A stretch of DNA of 36,743 nucleotides from a virus (lineage: Duplodnaviria; Caudoviricetes): IMG/VR virus record IMGVR_UViG_3300032330_002275, positions 1 to 36,743 of that record; one strand, given 5' to 3'. The notes below the pieces were generated by a model. The model ran no database searches, had not been told where the DNA came from, and was given only the letters and a program-made list of their open reading frames with translations. Each line of letters opens with the position of its first letter. Position 1 is the stretch's first letter. Position numbers and translations under genes: made by a program. Below, piece after piece: positions 1-9,361 of the stretch.

Positions 1-18
1 GTAACCGTATGCCTCGTA
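1..18. repeat. Terminal direct repeat, left copy
   Basis: GTAACCGTATGCCTCGTA at 1-18 is identical to 36726-36743. Confidence 0.9.
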
Positions 19-170
19 TGCCTAGTGTGCTGCCATAAGTTTGACGCTAGTACTGGGGTCAGGATTTTGGCAGATCCCTCCCACCATTTGCGCATGATAA
101 ATTTTTGGTTGCCCAATCAGTAAAAATCACGTAAACGTGGGGACTCAAAGAAATTGAGTGCCCTAATCAT

Positions 171-1400
171 TTGGAGTTTAGGCACTCAACTTTAACCATC
201 GTGTCTGAACTACTCAGGTTATGCCCCTTCACAGAGACTGTCCCTTTACAGGAGACTCCACCAGTGTATAGCAACAACTCAAACGTGTCAACAAAATCCA
301 TCTATCCAGACATCTCCCGCCTCTTCCCCATCCTCCTCGTTCACAAAGACTCCAAGAGACCCGCAGAGTTACACGGCATCCACTCAGCATCCCATGTGCG
401 TGGCAAAGGACGGCCCGTGGACTTCACACGGTTTAATGCCGGCGTCCGATGCGGTGCTTGGCTCGGTGCCGGCCTGCTGATCGTTGACGTGGACCCCCGC
501 AACAGTGGGCTCTTGAGCTTTGACCACCTGCGTGCCGCTTACGGCGACCCACGTCAAGACCCTGGTGCATGGGTTGTAAACACGCCAAGCGGTGGATTCC
601 ACTTGTATTTTCTCTATGACCCCAACGCCTGGACAGTCAAAAAGTCAAGCACCGCTCTGGGACGTGGAATCGACGTCTTGGGTGATGGGAGCTATGCACT
701 CATCCCTCCTTCCACTTACGGAGGTGTGAGCTACACATTCGAGGAAGAACCCACTGGATGGCCCTTAGAGGCCCCTCTGTGGCTTTTGGGGTTGGTTGGG
801 GTAGGGATGGATATCAGTTCCAATGTTGATGAGGGAAGGAGCGCAAACGGCGCAGTCAGTGCCAATGAACCAGGGGCAGGTGGTACTGAAGGCGAGGAAG
901 GCACAGTGTCCGTTGATGAGGCCGAAATCGTACTGACACGCATACACCCCGATTGCGGGCGCGATGATTGGCTCCGCATCGGCATGGGACTCAAACACCC
1001 AACAGGTCTTGGCGATACTCCCGCCGCTATAGCACTCTGGATCCAATGGTCCAAAGGAAACTTACAACAAGTGTATGCTCAAAAGTTCAATCAAAAGAAT
1101 TGTTTGGCTGTATGGAATTCAATCAAAGGAGGAAAAGGAGGAGCCGTCACTTGGGCGTCCGTCGTGCAGATATCGCTGTCTCAAAACTCTATTAAGGATT
1201 TGAACATGAATACAAATTTAGCTAAGGAAATAAAAGAATCTTCTGTGCCCGTCTTTCCCACCAACACAGAAGAATCACTAACAACACCACTCAAAGAGGA
1301 ACCAAAGAGGGCATCAATAACACAACCAATACCACCCAAAGAGGAAGCAAAGATGGCGTCAATAACAACACTAAATCCACTCCAAGAAGGAGAGAATTAA
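171..1400 (+). CDS. Bifunctional DNA primase/polymerase (Prim-Pol, AEP superfamily) with PriCT-2 domain
   Basis: LLIVDVDPRN (DxD), VNTPSGGFHLYF, GIDVLGDGSYALIPPS; PriCT-2-like RDDWLRIGMGLK...LWIQWSK. TTG start uncertain. Confidence 0.9.
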   Translation: MEFRHSTLTIVSELLRLCPFTETVPLQETPPVYSNNSNVSTKSIYPDISRLFPILLVHKDSKRPAELHGIHSASHVRGKGRPVDFTRFNAGVRCGAWLGAGLLIVDVDPRNSGLLSFDHLRAAYGDPRQDPGAWVVNTPSGGFHLYFLYDPNAWTVKKSSTALGRGIDVLGDGSYALIPPSTYGGVSYTFEEEPTGWPLEAPLWLLGLVGVGMDISSNVDEGRSANGAVSANEPGAGGTEGEEGTVSVDEAEIVLTRIHPDCGRDDWLRIGMGLKHPTGLGDTPAAIALWIQWSKGNLQQVYAQKFNQKNCLAVWNSIKGGKGGAVTWASVVQISLSQNSIKDLNMNTNLAKEIKESSVPVFPTNTEESLTTPLKEEPKRASITQPIPPKEEAKMASITTLNPLQEGEN

Positions 1401-1497
1401 TTGATATCTATACCAAATCCACTCCAAGAAAGAGAGAATCGAGTGATATCTATACCAAATCAACCCCAAGAAGGAGGGAATCGAGTGATATCTATAA
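1287..1497. repeat. Degenerate 42-45 bp tandem repeat array across the primase/helicase junction
   Basis: Three 42-bp units like AATCCACTCCAAGAAGGAGAGAATnnnnTGATATCTATACCA (1374-1499), preceded by two related ~45-bp units. Confidence 0.85.
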
Positions 1498-2933
1498 ACA
1501 GAGTAGCACACTCAGTAGACGTGTCAACACAAAAATCTACTAGACATGTTTCACAAACGACACACCCTTATTACTCCCGCACAGCTGATGGGAAGGTTAG
1601 GACACCAATGTTACCGAAATTCATAGAGAAACTCAAGACCAAGCGTCTGCTCATAGACGTTATGGCTCATATCCCAAACCCCATAGACGATGGGACGATG
1701 TTCCTCTACCCATTCCCCGACAACATCGTCGTCGGTCAACTCGCCGGCAAACCTAAAGCCATACTCTCTGTCGATGAAAACCTGCAAGTTATCGAAGAAC
1801 TTACAGAAAAAGATATCGTCAATAAATTGGCGGTCTATATGCAAGAGTCCTGCGAGCGTCGAGATCTCGTTGACGACACCAACGACATCCGCGTCAGACG
1901 CCAGTTGGTTGAGCACTTCGTGTCAGCGTTGATCCCCATACCTGAGCCCGCAGTGCCTTACGTCGCTCCCGGTGGCAAAGTCCAACTGTGCATCCACCGC
2001 TCAACCCTCAACCCATGCAATGGGCCAACCCCAGCTTGGGACGAACTCCTCAAAGGCATCAAGACCAAACAGATGAGAGACCAGCTTATGGCCTTCATCG
2101 CCGTCCTCCTCCTACACCCCGACATCAAGTTGCTGCAATACGTCCTCATGACAGGTACAGGGGGGTTGGGCAAATCTTCTGTGCTGATTGCTGTGCGTGA
2201 ATGGCTCGGCAAAGCCGCTGGAACTTTCAGGATCACGGAAACTCGCTTTGGGATGTCTGCCATTTTAAACAGACGTCTCGTGTACTTGGATGAAATCTCG
2301 GACTTCCGGTTTTTGGAGTCCGACATCTTTAAGAGCTGTACAGGGTCAGTCAATGCCAAAGTATCCCTGGAAGAAAAGTTCGGCAAAGCCTTTGACTTCA
2401 ATCCAAAATACACCATGTGGATGCTCGCCACTAACAAGGTACCCACACTCAAACAAGACAGCGCAAACATGCGGCGAGTCATACCAATCGTGTTCGCTAG
2501 ACCTCGTGGAATTGCTATAAAACGCATTGACAATATGGAACAAAGGCTCATTGACGAGATGCCTCACTTTGCCTGGAAGTGTGATCAAGTCCTCAAAAAC
2601 ATCCCAATCAAAGACGGCATGATCCAGTCCGTGCAAGACACAAACAACTCCATGAATACCATGCACCTAGATATGGTTACCTCTAAGCTTGGACTCAGAA
2701 AGAATCCTGAGTCCACCATACTAAAGTCTGAGATAACAAACATGTGTAGAGCTTTGGGTTTGCACGACAAAAGCATCGGTGCCGTTTCTAAACAGCTGGC
2801 AGCCGCTGATGGGTGCCGTGTGTTTACAGTACACGGCGTCAAATACCTCAAAGGGTATGAGATGGATCCTCAAATTGGATCGGACGACTTCGACGAAACG
2901 GACGAAGACGTCATCGATGTTTTTGAGGAGTAA
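1401..2933 (+). CDS. SF3/D5-like helicase (P4-type primase-helicase C-terminal half)
   Basis: Walker A GTGGLGKS, Walker B LVYLDE, EEKFGKAF, motif C WMLATN, ANMRRV arginine finger; follows Prim-Pol in the same frame. Confidence 0.9.
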   Translation: MISIPNPLQERENRVISIPNQPQEGGNRVISINRVAHSVDVSTQKSTRHVSQTTHPYYSRTADGKVRTPMLPKFIEKLKTKRLLIDVMAHIPNPIDDGTMFLYPFPDNIVVGQLAGKPKAILSVDENLQVIEELTEKDIVNKLAVYMQESCERRDLVDDTNDIRVRRQLVEHFVSALIPIPEPAVPYVAPGGKVQLCIHRSTLNPCNGPTPAWDELLKGIKTKQMRDQLMAFIAVLLLHPDIKLLQYVLMTGTGGLGKSSVLIAVREWLGKAAGTFRITETRFGMSAILNRRLVYLDEISDFRFLESDIFKSCTGSVNAKVSLEEKFGKAFDFNPKYTMWMLATNKVPTLKQDSANMRRVIPIVFARPRGIAIKRIDNMEQRLIDEMPHFAWKCDQVLKNIPIKDGMIQSVQDTNNSMNTMHLDMVTSKLGLRKNPESTILKSEITNMCRALGLHDKSIGAVSKQLAAADGCRVFTVHGVKYLKGYEMDPQIGSDDFDETDEDVIDVFEE

Positions 2934-2939
2934 AGGCGG

Positions 2940-3440
2940 CTAGGGTGTACCCTGGGTGCACCCACCTGCAAATTTTGGGTGGACCCTAGACAAAATTAAT
3001 ATTCCAATATCGTTAAAGTAAAATTTTGGTGAACCCAACGACCCCGACCCCTCACCCTCGTCTAAGTGTTTAAATTTATAACGACTAATAGAGGTAGGGT
3101 GAGACCAACGCCTTCCCTACCCTTTTTAGAGCATATTCTATTCCCGCTCGGTATTATTCACTACCCCCTTTACAAGATGTGCATATTGTGTTATGATATT
3201 AATAGTATACCCATAACCTATTGTTATTGTTATACCCCAATATTTCCATCGGGTATCGTCTTGGTCTCACCCTACTCTACTACTACTACTTATATATATA
3301 TATATATATTAGAGAAAATAAGAAAAGGCATTAGGGTGAGACCAGAAAATAGGAGAAGATCGATTAAGCTATATCAATAGCTTAGTAGGTCGCACCTTTT
3401 GACATTAGGATGCACCCAAAACGCTACCCCTCACCCCAGC
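2940..3440. promoter_or_regulatory. Putative replication origin: palindromic iterons plus AT-rich tract
   Basis: Repeated GGGTG(N)ACCC / GGGTGAGACC motifs in both orientations, (TA)9 at 3291-3308, directly after the helicase gene. Confidence 0.55.
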
Positions 3441-3626
3441 TAAATAGCGCCCCATAACCACGCAGGGAGTAGAGAGGGGCCGTCAATACCAAAGTTCATG
3501 AGGGAAGCATGGAGGAGGATGGTAGAGGGAGGTGAGGTATGCCCATCAGTGCCAAGGTGTGTGGCGTGAGCGGTGGTACGATGGGACTGAACGTCCTTAT
3601 TGCAGGATTGCAGGGGAGCAGCACAT

Positions 3627-4148
3627 ATGACGACAAAGGGCCCTACCGCACGCAAGGCACGTTCCAAGGCCCCCCAGGGGATGTCGGACTACGCCCGTAT
3701 GGCCGACCTCCTCAGAGGAGCCTCTATCCCCTATTCCATCCCAACCCAAGAGCACACTGGTGGTGGGCTAAGCAGCCCATGCCTGTTGGTTGAGTTGGCC
3801 CCTAACTTTGGGTCCAAGCACCCGGGGGTTAGGAGCACATTGCCTGGAGAGAAATACACGTATATACACAGGGTGATGTATCACAAGCTGTATGGCGGCA
3901 CTGTTCAGGCATCTGTTTACATTGCTCAATTGTGCGGGCAACCCAGATGCTGTGCACCCGACCATTTGCAGCCCGTGATGCATGAGTCTCTTACCCCATT
4001 TTTAAGGAAGCTGAGAGCCAAGCTTGCTGAGCTTCCTCCAATCATCTTGACTCCTCCACCAAAAAAGCCGAGAATAAAAAAAGCTGATAAACTTAAAAAA
4101 GAAGTGTGCAAAGATGAAAGTAACTGTGACAGTGTCATTCTCAATTGA
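3627..4148 (+). CDS. HNH/His-Cys-box endonuclease-like protein, degenerate active site
   Basis: YIHRVMY...AQLCGQPRCCAPDHL resembles HR...HLCxxxxCxNPxHL; ATG 3627 follows GGGGAG. Confidence 0.7.
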   Translation: MTTKGPTARKARSKAPQGMSDYARMADLLRGASIPYSIPTQEHTGGGLSSPCLLVELAPNFGSKHPGVRSTLPGEKYTYIHRVMYHKLYGGTVQASVYIAQLCGQPRCCAPDHLQPVMHESLTPFLRKLRAKLAELPPIILTPPPKKPRIKKADKLKKEVCKDESNCDSVILN

Positions 4149-4237
4149 CGAGCAATCGCAATCGCAATCTTGCCATCCTTGCTATCCTTGCCAGCCGGCC
4201 CCGTCCACCCATCCCACGGCTCCCCTGGAGGTTTTCA

Positions 4238-4420
4238 TTGGAACTGAATCCCCAGAATATCAGACATCTAAAGAAGTCCAGGCACGCAATCAAATCCCTC
4301 AACAGCAAGAAGACGACACTGACGACACTCTTTTTAGATCTACTTAACATCAGCATCTCCCTCTTCTGTGCCGCTATGACATGCGTTTTTATAATCTATG
4401 TGCTGTGTAAAATTCTGTAG
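4238..4420 (+). CDS. Small membrane protein (basic N-terminus, hydrophobic C-terminus)
   Basis: GGAGG SD + TTG at 4238, same context as the scaffold start; C-terminal ISISLFCAAMTCVFIIYVLCKIL. Confidence 0.55.
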   Translation: MELNPQNIRHLKKSRHAIKSLNSKKTTLTTLFLDLLNISISLFCAAMTCVFIIYVLCKIL

Positions 4421-4429
4421 GAGTTTGCT

Positions 4430-6328
4430 TTGAATTTACAAGGAAACTACAACCAAAATACCCACTCAATCTGGTGGGAGCTCGAAGCACTGGCACTCGC
4501 TCAATGCCTCTTCGGAATCGTTGACCAAATCCAATCACGCTCCTCTTTTATCTCTGACGGCTTTCTCAGACACCTCCGCCTCTACTCAGGCTCCACCGCC
4601 ATGGGCCTCAATATCCCCTCAACCAACGCTAACTCTTTTAACAACGGTGCAAATCAGTTTAGACCTCCCATCGGTTACAACGTCACTCAAGCTTGCGTCG
4701 ATACCGCCGTCAACTCTCTCTGCGAAACCAAGATCAAACCCATGGTCCTCACCGATGGTGGCTCTTGGAAGCTTCAACAGAAGTCTAAAGATATGAACAC
4801 CTTCATAGAAGGTCTGTTCCTCAAGCTCAACGTCCACAAAACCACCACCATGGCCATAAAAAATGGCTCTATCTTCGGCACCGGTGTTGTGAAAGTGTGT
4901 GCCGATGATGGTCAAGTCGTCATCGAGAACATCCTTCCAAACGAGATTGTCGTTTGCCCCGCAGATTCCGTTTACGGCAAGCCTCGCTCCCTTTACCAAA
5001 CACGCTTTGTGTCGAAATATGATCTCGGAAAAGCCTTTCCGGATAACGAAATCTTTATCAAAAATATGCAGTCAAACACTGTCGTCAATGGGTTCGGAAA
5101 CGTCGTCACAGATTGCGTAAAGGTCATTGAAGCCTGGCACTTGCCATCCTCAGACCCCGATGCTACAGATGGCAAACACGCCATTGTCGTGGATGGCAAG
5201 ACTCTACTCGAAGAGCCCTGGACAAAAGACCACTTTCCCTTCGCATTCTATAGGCATACAGAGCTACCTGTTGGCTTTTACGGTCGAGGCATGCCCGAAG
5301 AACTCATGCCTATCCAATACGAAATGAACATGCTCAGTCAACGTGCTTCCCAGATGCTCAAACTTATGGCCGTCCCACGCATCTTTATCGATGAGTCCTC
5401 CCAAATCGATGAAGGACAACTCAACAATCAAATCGGGTCGATCATCAAATACCGTGGAACAGCACCTATCCTGTCAACGCCTCAAGCCGTGCCTCCAGAA
5501 GTGTTCCAGCAGATCGACCGGCTCTACAACAAAGCCTTTGAGCTGCAAGGCATCCCACAACTCCAAGCCGCTGGCAAAAAGCCAGCAGGCGTGGACTCAG
5601 GCAAGGCACTCCGTGAATATGCCGACCAGTCCACAACCCGCTTTATCACGCTGTCTCAGCAACGTGAACAGCTGCACGTGGACATCGCCTTGCTTTGTTT
5701 TGAAGCCTGCGCAGACCTCTCCAAGCAGTATGGCGTCAACTACAAGGTCAACACCTTTGACAAGAAAGAGGGAATGAAATCACTCACATACAAAGATGTG
5801 TCCATGAAGCCCGACTTCTTCACGGTGCAAGTGTGGCCAACCAACTTTTTATCCGATACCCCCTCCGCTAAGCTCCAAGATATCCAGGAGCTCGTGCAGG
5901 CCGGCCTTATCCCTCCACAGTCCGCTTCAGCCTTGCTCGACTTCCCGGATATTGAGCAATACACACAGCTTACAAACTCGGGGTATGAGCTTGCACGCAA
6001 GACCATAGAGTCCATGCTGGAGGGAGGACCTTACGTACCACCTGAAGAGACAGACAACCTGCAAACCACCATGCAGCTTGCCATCCAGTACCTCGCTCAA
6101 GCCAAACTTCTGGAAGACAGTGAGGAGGCCGTAAACACCCTAAGACGCTACATTGACGACATCAACACATTGCAAGAGCAGCTTAAGCCTCCCGCTCCCA
6201 TGGCACCTCCAGGGCAACCAGGGCTTCCAGGCATGCCACCCGATGGTGCTGCTCCCATGGGCGTCCCACCCCCTCCACCCGTGAGTGACCTCATGCCAAT
6301 AGCAGGTGGAGCACCACCCGTTGGTTGA
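4430..6328 (+). CDS. Portal protein
   Basis: 632 aa; SIFGTGVVKV, KVIEAWHLPS, GFYGRGMPEEL, SGKALREY; Pro-rich tail; precedes scaffold and capsid; AGGAG SD. Confidence 0.85.
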   Translation: MNLQGNYNQNTHSIWWELEALALAQCLFGIVDQIQSRSSFISDGFLRHLRLYSGSTAMGLNIPSTNANSFNNGANQFRPPIGYNVTQACVDTAVNSLCETKIKPMVLTDGGSWKLQQKSKDMNTFIEGLFLKLNVHKTTTMAIKNGSIFGTGVVKVCADDGQVVIENILPNEIVVCPADSVYGKPRSLYQTRFVSKYDLGKAFPDNEIFIKNMQSNTVVNGFGNVVTDCVKVIEAWHLPSSDPDATDGKHAIVVDGKTLLEEPWTKDHFPFAFYRHTELPVGFYGRGMPEELMPIQYEMNMLSQRASQMLKLMAVPRIFIDESSQIDEGQLNNQIGSIIKYRGTAPILSTPQAVPPEVFQQIDRLYNKAFELQGIPQLQAAGKKPAGVDSGKALREYADQSTTRFITLSQQREQLHVDIALLCFEACADLSKQYGVNYKVNTFDKKEGMKSLTYKDVSMKPDFFTVQVWPTNFLSDTPSAKLQDIQELVQAGLIPPQSASALLDFPDIEQYTQLTNSGYELARKTIESMLEGGPYVPPEETDNLQTTMQLAIQYLAQAKLLEDSEEAVNTLRRYIDDINTLQEQLKPPAPMAPPGQPGLPGMPPDGAAPMGVPPPPPVSDLMPIAGGAPPVG

Positions 6329-6333
6329 GCGTG

Positions 6334-6362
6334 TTGACAACAAAAACACACAATGTGATACC
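6334..6362 (+). promoter_or_regulatory. Putative sigma70-type promoter before scaffold gene
   Basis: TTGACA-N17-GATACC with TG extended -10 element. Confidence 0.5.
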
Positions 6363-6392
6363 CTCCCTACATAAGCCGTATGGAGGTTTTCA

Positions 6393-7205
6393 TTGGAACT
6401 GAATGCACCTGCACCCCTAGACACGCCACCAACACCGCCCGAAACTGAAGTCGCTCCAAAAGATGAGAGCTACTCCAAAAAGTTTTTACAGTTTGCAAAG
6501 CGTGAACAGAAGTTGCGTGCAGAGCGTGAACTCCTCTCCAAAGACAAAGCTGAAGTCGCCGAACTCAAAGAGAAAATCAAAGCATTTGAGGAAGCCAAAG
6601 CAAGAGCCAAACTCAACCCCAAAGCTTACCTCGAACATGCCGACCTCTCTCTTGACGACATCCAGGAGTTCTTCCTGAATGGCGGTCAAGCCACAGCCTC
6701 CACACTAGAGTCAGAACTCCGCAAAGAGATCGCTGAACTCAGACAGGCTATGGAAGAGCGTGAAATCAAACAGCAAGAGACCTCTCTTCAGCAACGTGAA
6801 GCCGAATACAAGGACAGCTTAAAATCTGTCATCTCACAAGGAAATGCCGACTTTCTCAAAGCACACGACAACCCTCACGAGCTCGTTTACTCCATGATGC
6901 GCGAATATTACAACGAGACATCACGCATCCTTCAGCCTCAAGAGGCCATTGACCTCATTGAAGAGCAACTAGAAAAACAGTTCGAAGATAGGTACGGAAA
7001 GCTTGAAAAAGTCCGCAACAAATTCGCTCAACCAACTCAACAACAACAGCAGCAGCAGCAGCAGTTGAATCAAGAGCCGTATGCACAACGTCGCACTCTG
7101 TCCCAAACTATGGCGCAAGGGCAAACCCGCTCTACGCCTCCAACTACAATGAGTGAACAAGATCGCTTAGCTGCAGCTGCAACCCAACTCAAATGGGTGA
7201 GGTGA
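6393..7205 (+). CDS. Capsid scaffolding protein
   Basis: Charged coiled-coil (E/K/Q rich), between portal and capsid; GGAGG SD. Confidence 0.75.
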   Translation: MELNAPAPLDTPPTPPETEVAPKDESYSKKFLQFAKREQKLRAERELLSKDKAEVAELKEKIKAFEEAKARAKLNPKAYLEHADLSLDDIQEFFLNGGQATASTLESELRKEIAELRQAMEEREIKQQETSLQQREAEYKDSLKSVISQGNADFLKAHDNPHELVYSMMREYYNETSRILQPQEAIDLIEEQLEKQFEDRYGKLEKVRNKFAQPTQQQQQQQQQLNQEPYAQRRTLSQTMAQGQTRSTPPTTMSEQDRLAAAATQLKWVR

Positions 7206-7229
7206 GGCTAGGGATTCATGAGGTGATCA

Positions 7230-8447
7230 ATGGCTTATCTTGACGCAACCACGTTTGCTGGTGCACTGAAGACCCTGTATCCTGATTGGGCTCTAGAGAA
7301 CATGGTGTTCCAAAACAACCCCTTTTTGGCGTTGGTTGGAAAAGAAGAGAACTTCGGCGGGGATTACAAGAAAATTCCTGTTATCATTGGCGCTCCACAG
7401 AACACAAGTGCCGACTTTTCCGTTGCTGCCAATGCCGGATCCGCTTTGACCACGTCCTCTACCATCAAAGCGTTCCTCTTATCACGTGCTCGCAAGTATG
7501 CCCTGGCCGAAGTCTCTAACGAGACCATGCTGGCGTCTCAAGGCAATGAGAACGCCTTTATGGAGGCTGTTAAGGTAGAAATGGACGGAGCTATACGCTC
7601 TATTTCCAACCAGCTTGGTCTCGATATTTTTCGTGATGGTGCAGGTGTTGTGGGCCAATTGTCGGCCACGTCAGGCGTCACAACAAGCATTACGTTTGCA
7701 GATCCAACACAAACCCTAACACTGGAAGTGGGCTCGCTGCTCCGCTTCAGCACGGCTTCTGATGGCACTGGCTTGAAAACAGGGACACTGCAAATCACTG
7801 CAATCAACAGAAACTCTGGCGTTGCTACCCTGTCAGCATCGGGTGCCACACTCACACCCGTGTTGGCCGTCAACGACTACATCTACATCAGCGGTAACCA
7901 GGCTGCCAACATGAAGGGCCTAGATGCGTGGATACCAACCGTAGCACCCACAAGTGGCGATAACTTTTTTAGCGTGGACAGGAGCGTGGATAGCCGCCTT
8001 TATGGTGCATATCTGGACAAGTCCTCCAGCCCCATAGAAGAAGCGTTGCTGGACGTTGACCAAGCGATCTATGCCTCTGGTGGCAAAGCGTCTCACATCA
8101 TCACTAGCCCAACGCAATACAACAACTTGGCCAAATCTCTTGGATCCAGGATCATCTACCAACAGCTGACAGTAGGTGGTGTAGGCTTCCAAAGCTTTGA
8201 GATTCAAGGGCAATCAGGTCCAATCAAAGTTCTTGCGGACCGTTCTTGTGCCAAGAACCTGGCTTACGTGCTGCAACTCGACACGTGGAAGCTGTCCTCT
8301 TTAGGAAAGATGGCTCAAATCTATACAGGCGATGGTCTGTCCATGCTGCGCTCTACGACTGCTGACAGTGTGCGTGCACAAATCGCATTCTACGGGCAAA
8401 TTGCGTGCAACGCCCCTGGATGGAACGCTAAGGTATTGTTGGGATAA
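7230..8447 (+). CDS. Major capsid protein
   Basis: 405 aa, position after scaffold, GAGGTG SD, ALKTLY...ENMVFQNNPFLA start and MKGLDAW motif as I recall from environmental podovirus capsids. Confidence 0.85.
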   Translation: MAYLDATTFAGALKTLYPDWALENMVFQNNPFLALVGKEENFGGDYKKIPVIIGAPQNTSADFSVAANAGSALTTSSTIKAFLLSRARKYALAEVSNETMLASQGNENAFMEAVKVEMDGAIRSISNQLGLDIFRDGAGVVGQLSATSGVTTSITFADPTQTLTLEVGSLLRFSTASDGTGLKTGTLQITAINRNSGVATLSASGATLTPVLAVNDYIYISGNQAANMKGLDAWIPTVAPTSGDNFFSVDRSVDSRLYGAYLDKSSSPIEEALLDVDQAIYASGGKASHIITSPTQYNNLAKSLGSRIIYQQLTVGGVGFQSFEIQGQSGPIKVLADRSCAKNLAYVLQLDTWKLSSLGKMAQIYTGDGLSMLRSTTADSVRAQIAFYGQIACNAPGWNAKVLLG

Positions 8448-8453
8448 CGCCAC

Positions 8454-9308
8454 ATGAAGAGGAGCGTGTTCGCAAAGGATGAGACTGGCTATGCGATAAG
8501 TGACAGCCGTCATCCTAAGTTTGACGCACGCTCTGAAAAATGTGCGCACGCTCTGTTGTGCTCGTTTAACATATTTATCTCTAGACATCCATATTTTGTA
8601 AAGCATCAGATACGTGAAGATATTGTGCAAGAGATGTATTTACAGATGTTGAGGTTAGGGTATTTGTCAACGCGACTTCTTTTTTTAAATGCCATTCATC
8701 AGCTCTACGGAAGGCGAGACTTGCTTAAAAACAAAGGCGAGCTTGTTACGCTGACAGGCGTTGAAAGTGGTTCTTTTCAAGAAGAGGTAGAAGACACAAG
8801 GCTTTCTATATGCTATTTATCCGAACTCAAAGAAGAGAAAGACATCCTTATAGAATGCATTGGCGATGTGATTAGCGGCAAGATTTGCCACCTACAACCA
8901 AACAAACACACCAATAAAGAAAAGATGTCAATTTTTACAAAGTGGGTTTCAGCAAACCGTCCATTCATCATGAACCGCAAAGCCTTTGCCCACCTCCTTG
9001 AGCAGTCAAAGTCTGTGGGCAAAGAGAAGATGAGCTTACGGCATTACAAAATCTTCTTTGGTCGCACATACATCCAGTACATTTGCCCAACACACGAGCT
9101 TGTTGAGGACCGCACACACGCTATCAAATCCTTTTTGTGCAGATGCCGCTCCACGGGTCGCTATGTGCTCGAAACGGATTTCGGTGAAGCTATAGACACC
9201 CTCCAATCCGCCTTTGACGACAACACCTACCTGCACGACACCCTCACTCGACTCAAAGCCGAAAAGAAGGAGGAGCAACAGAAGGAAGAGAGGGGGTCAA
9301 AACGTTGA
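8454..9308 (+). CDS. Uncharacterised protein, paralog A, sigma region-2-like motif
   Basis: 284 aa; REDIVQEMYLQML; colinear similarity to 9362-10261. Confidence 0.7.
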   Translation: MKRSVFAKDETGYAISDSRHPKFDARSEKCAHALLCSFNIFISRHPYFVKHQIREDIVQEMYLQMLRLGYLSTRLLFLNAIHQLYGRRDLLKNKGELVTLTGVESGSFQEEVEDTRLSICYLSELKEEKDILIECIGDVISGKICHLQPNKHTNKEKMSIFTKWVSANRPFIMNRKAFAHLLEQSKSVGKEKMSLRHYKIFFGRTYIQYICPTHELVEDRTHAIKSFLCRCRSTGRYVLETDFGEAIDTLQSAFDDNTYLHDTLTRLKAEKKEEQQKEERGSKR

Positions 9309-9361
9309 CGGTCAGAGCAAAGCAGTCAAAATATTGACGCAACATAATAGAAAGGTGTCCT

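Noticed and set aside
1-95. 70-aa minus-strand ORF crossing the junction
   Set aside because: Built from short repeats, no SD
1398-1400. Genome-wide stop-codon recoding
   Set aside because: TAA, TAG and TGA all end bona fide genes and coding density is high under the standard code
1558-1575. THPYY shared by the helicase N-terminus and protein 28828
   Set aside because: Five-residue match without context; likely chance
3066-3380. 104-aa ORF
   Set aside because: Translates TA/TAC microsatellites within the palindrome field; no SD; probably non-coding
4114-4347. 77-aa ORF and the 4145 start of the next ORF
   Set aside because: Weak RBS, low-complexity repeats, overlaps the better-supported start at 4238
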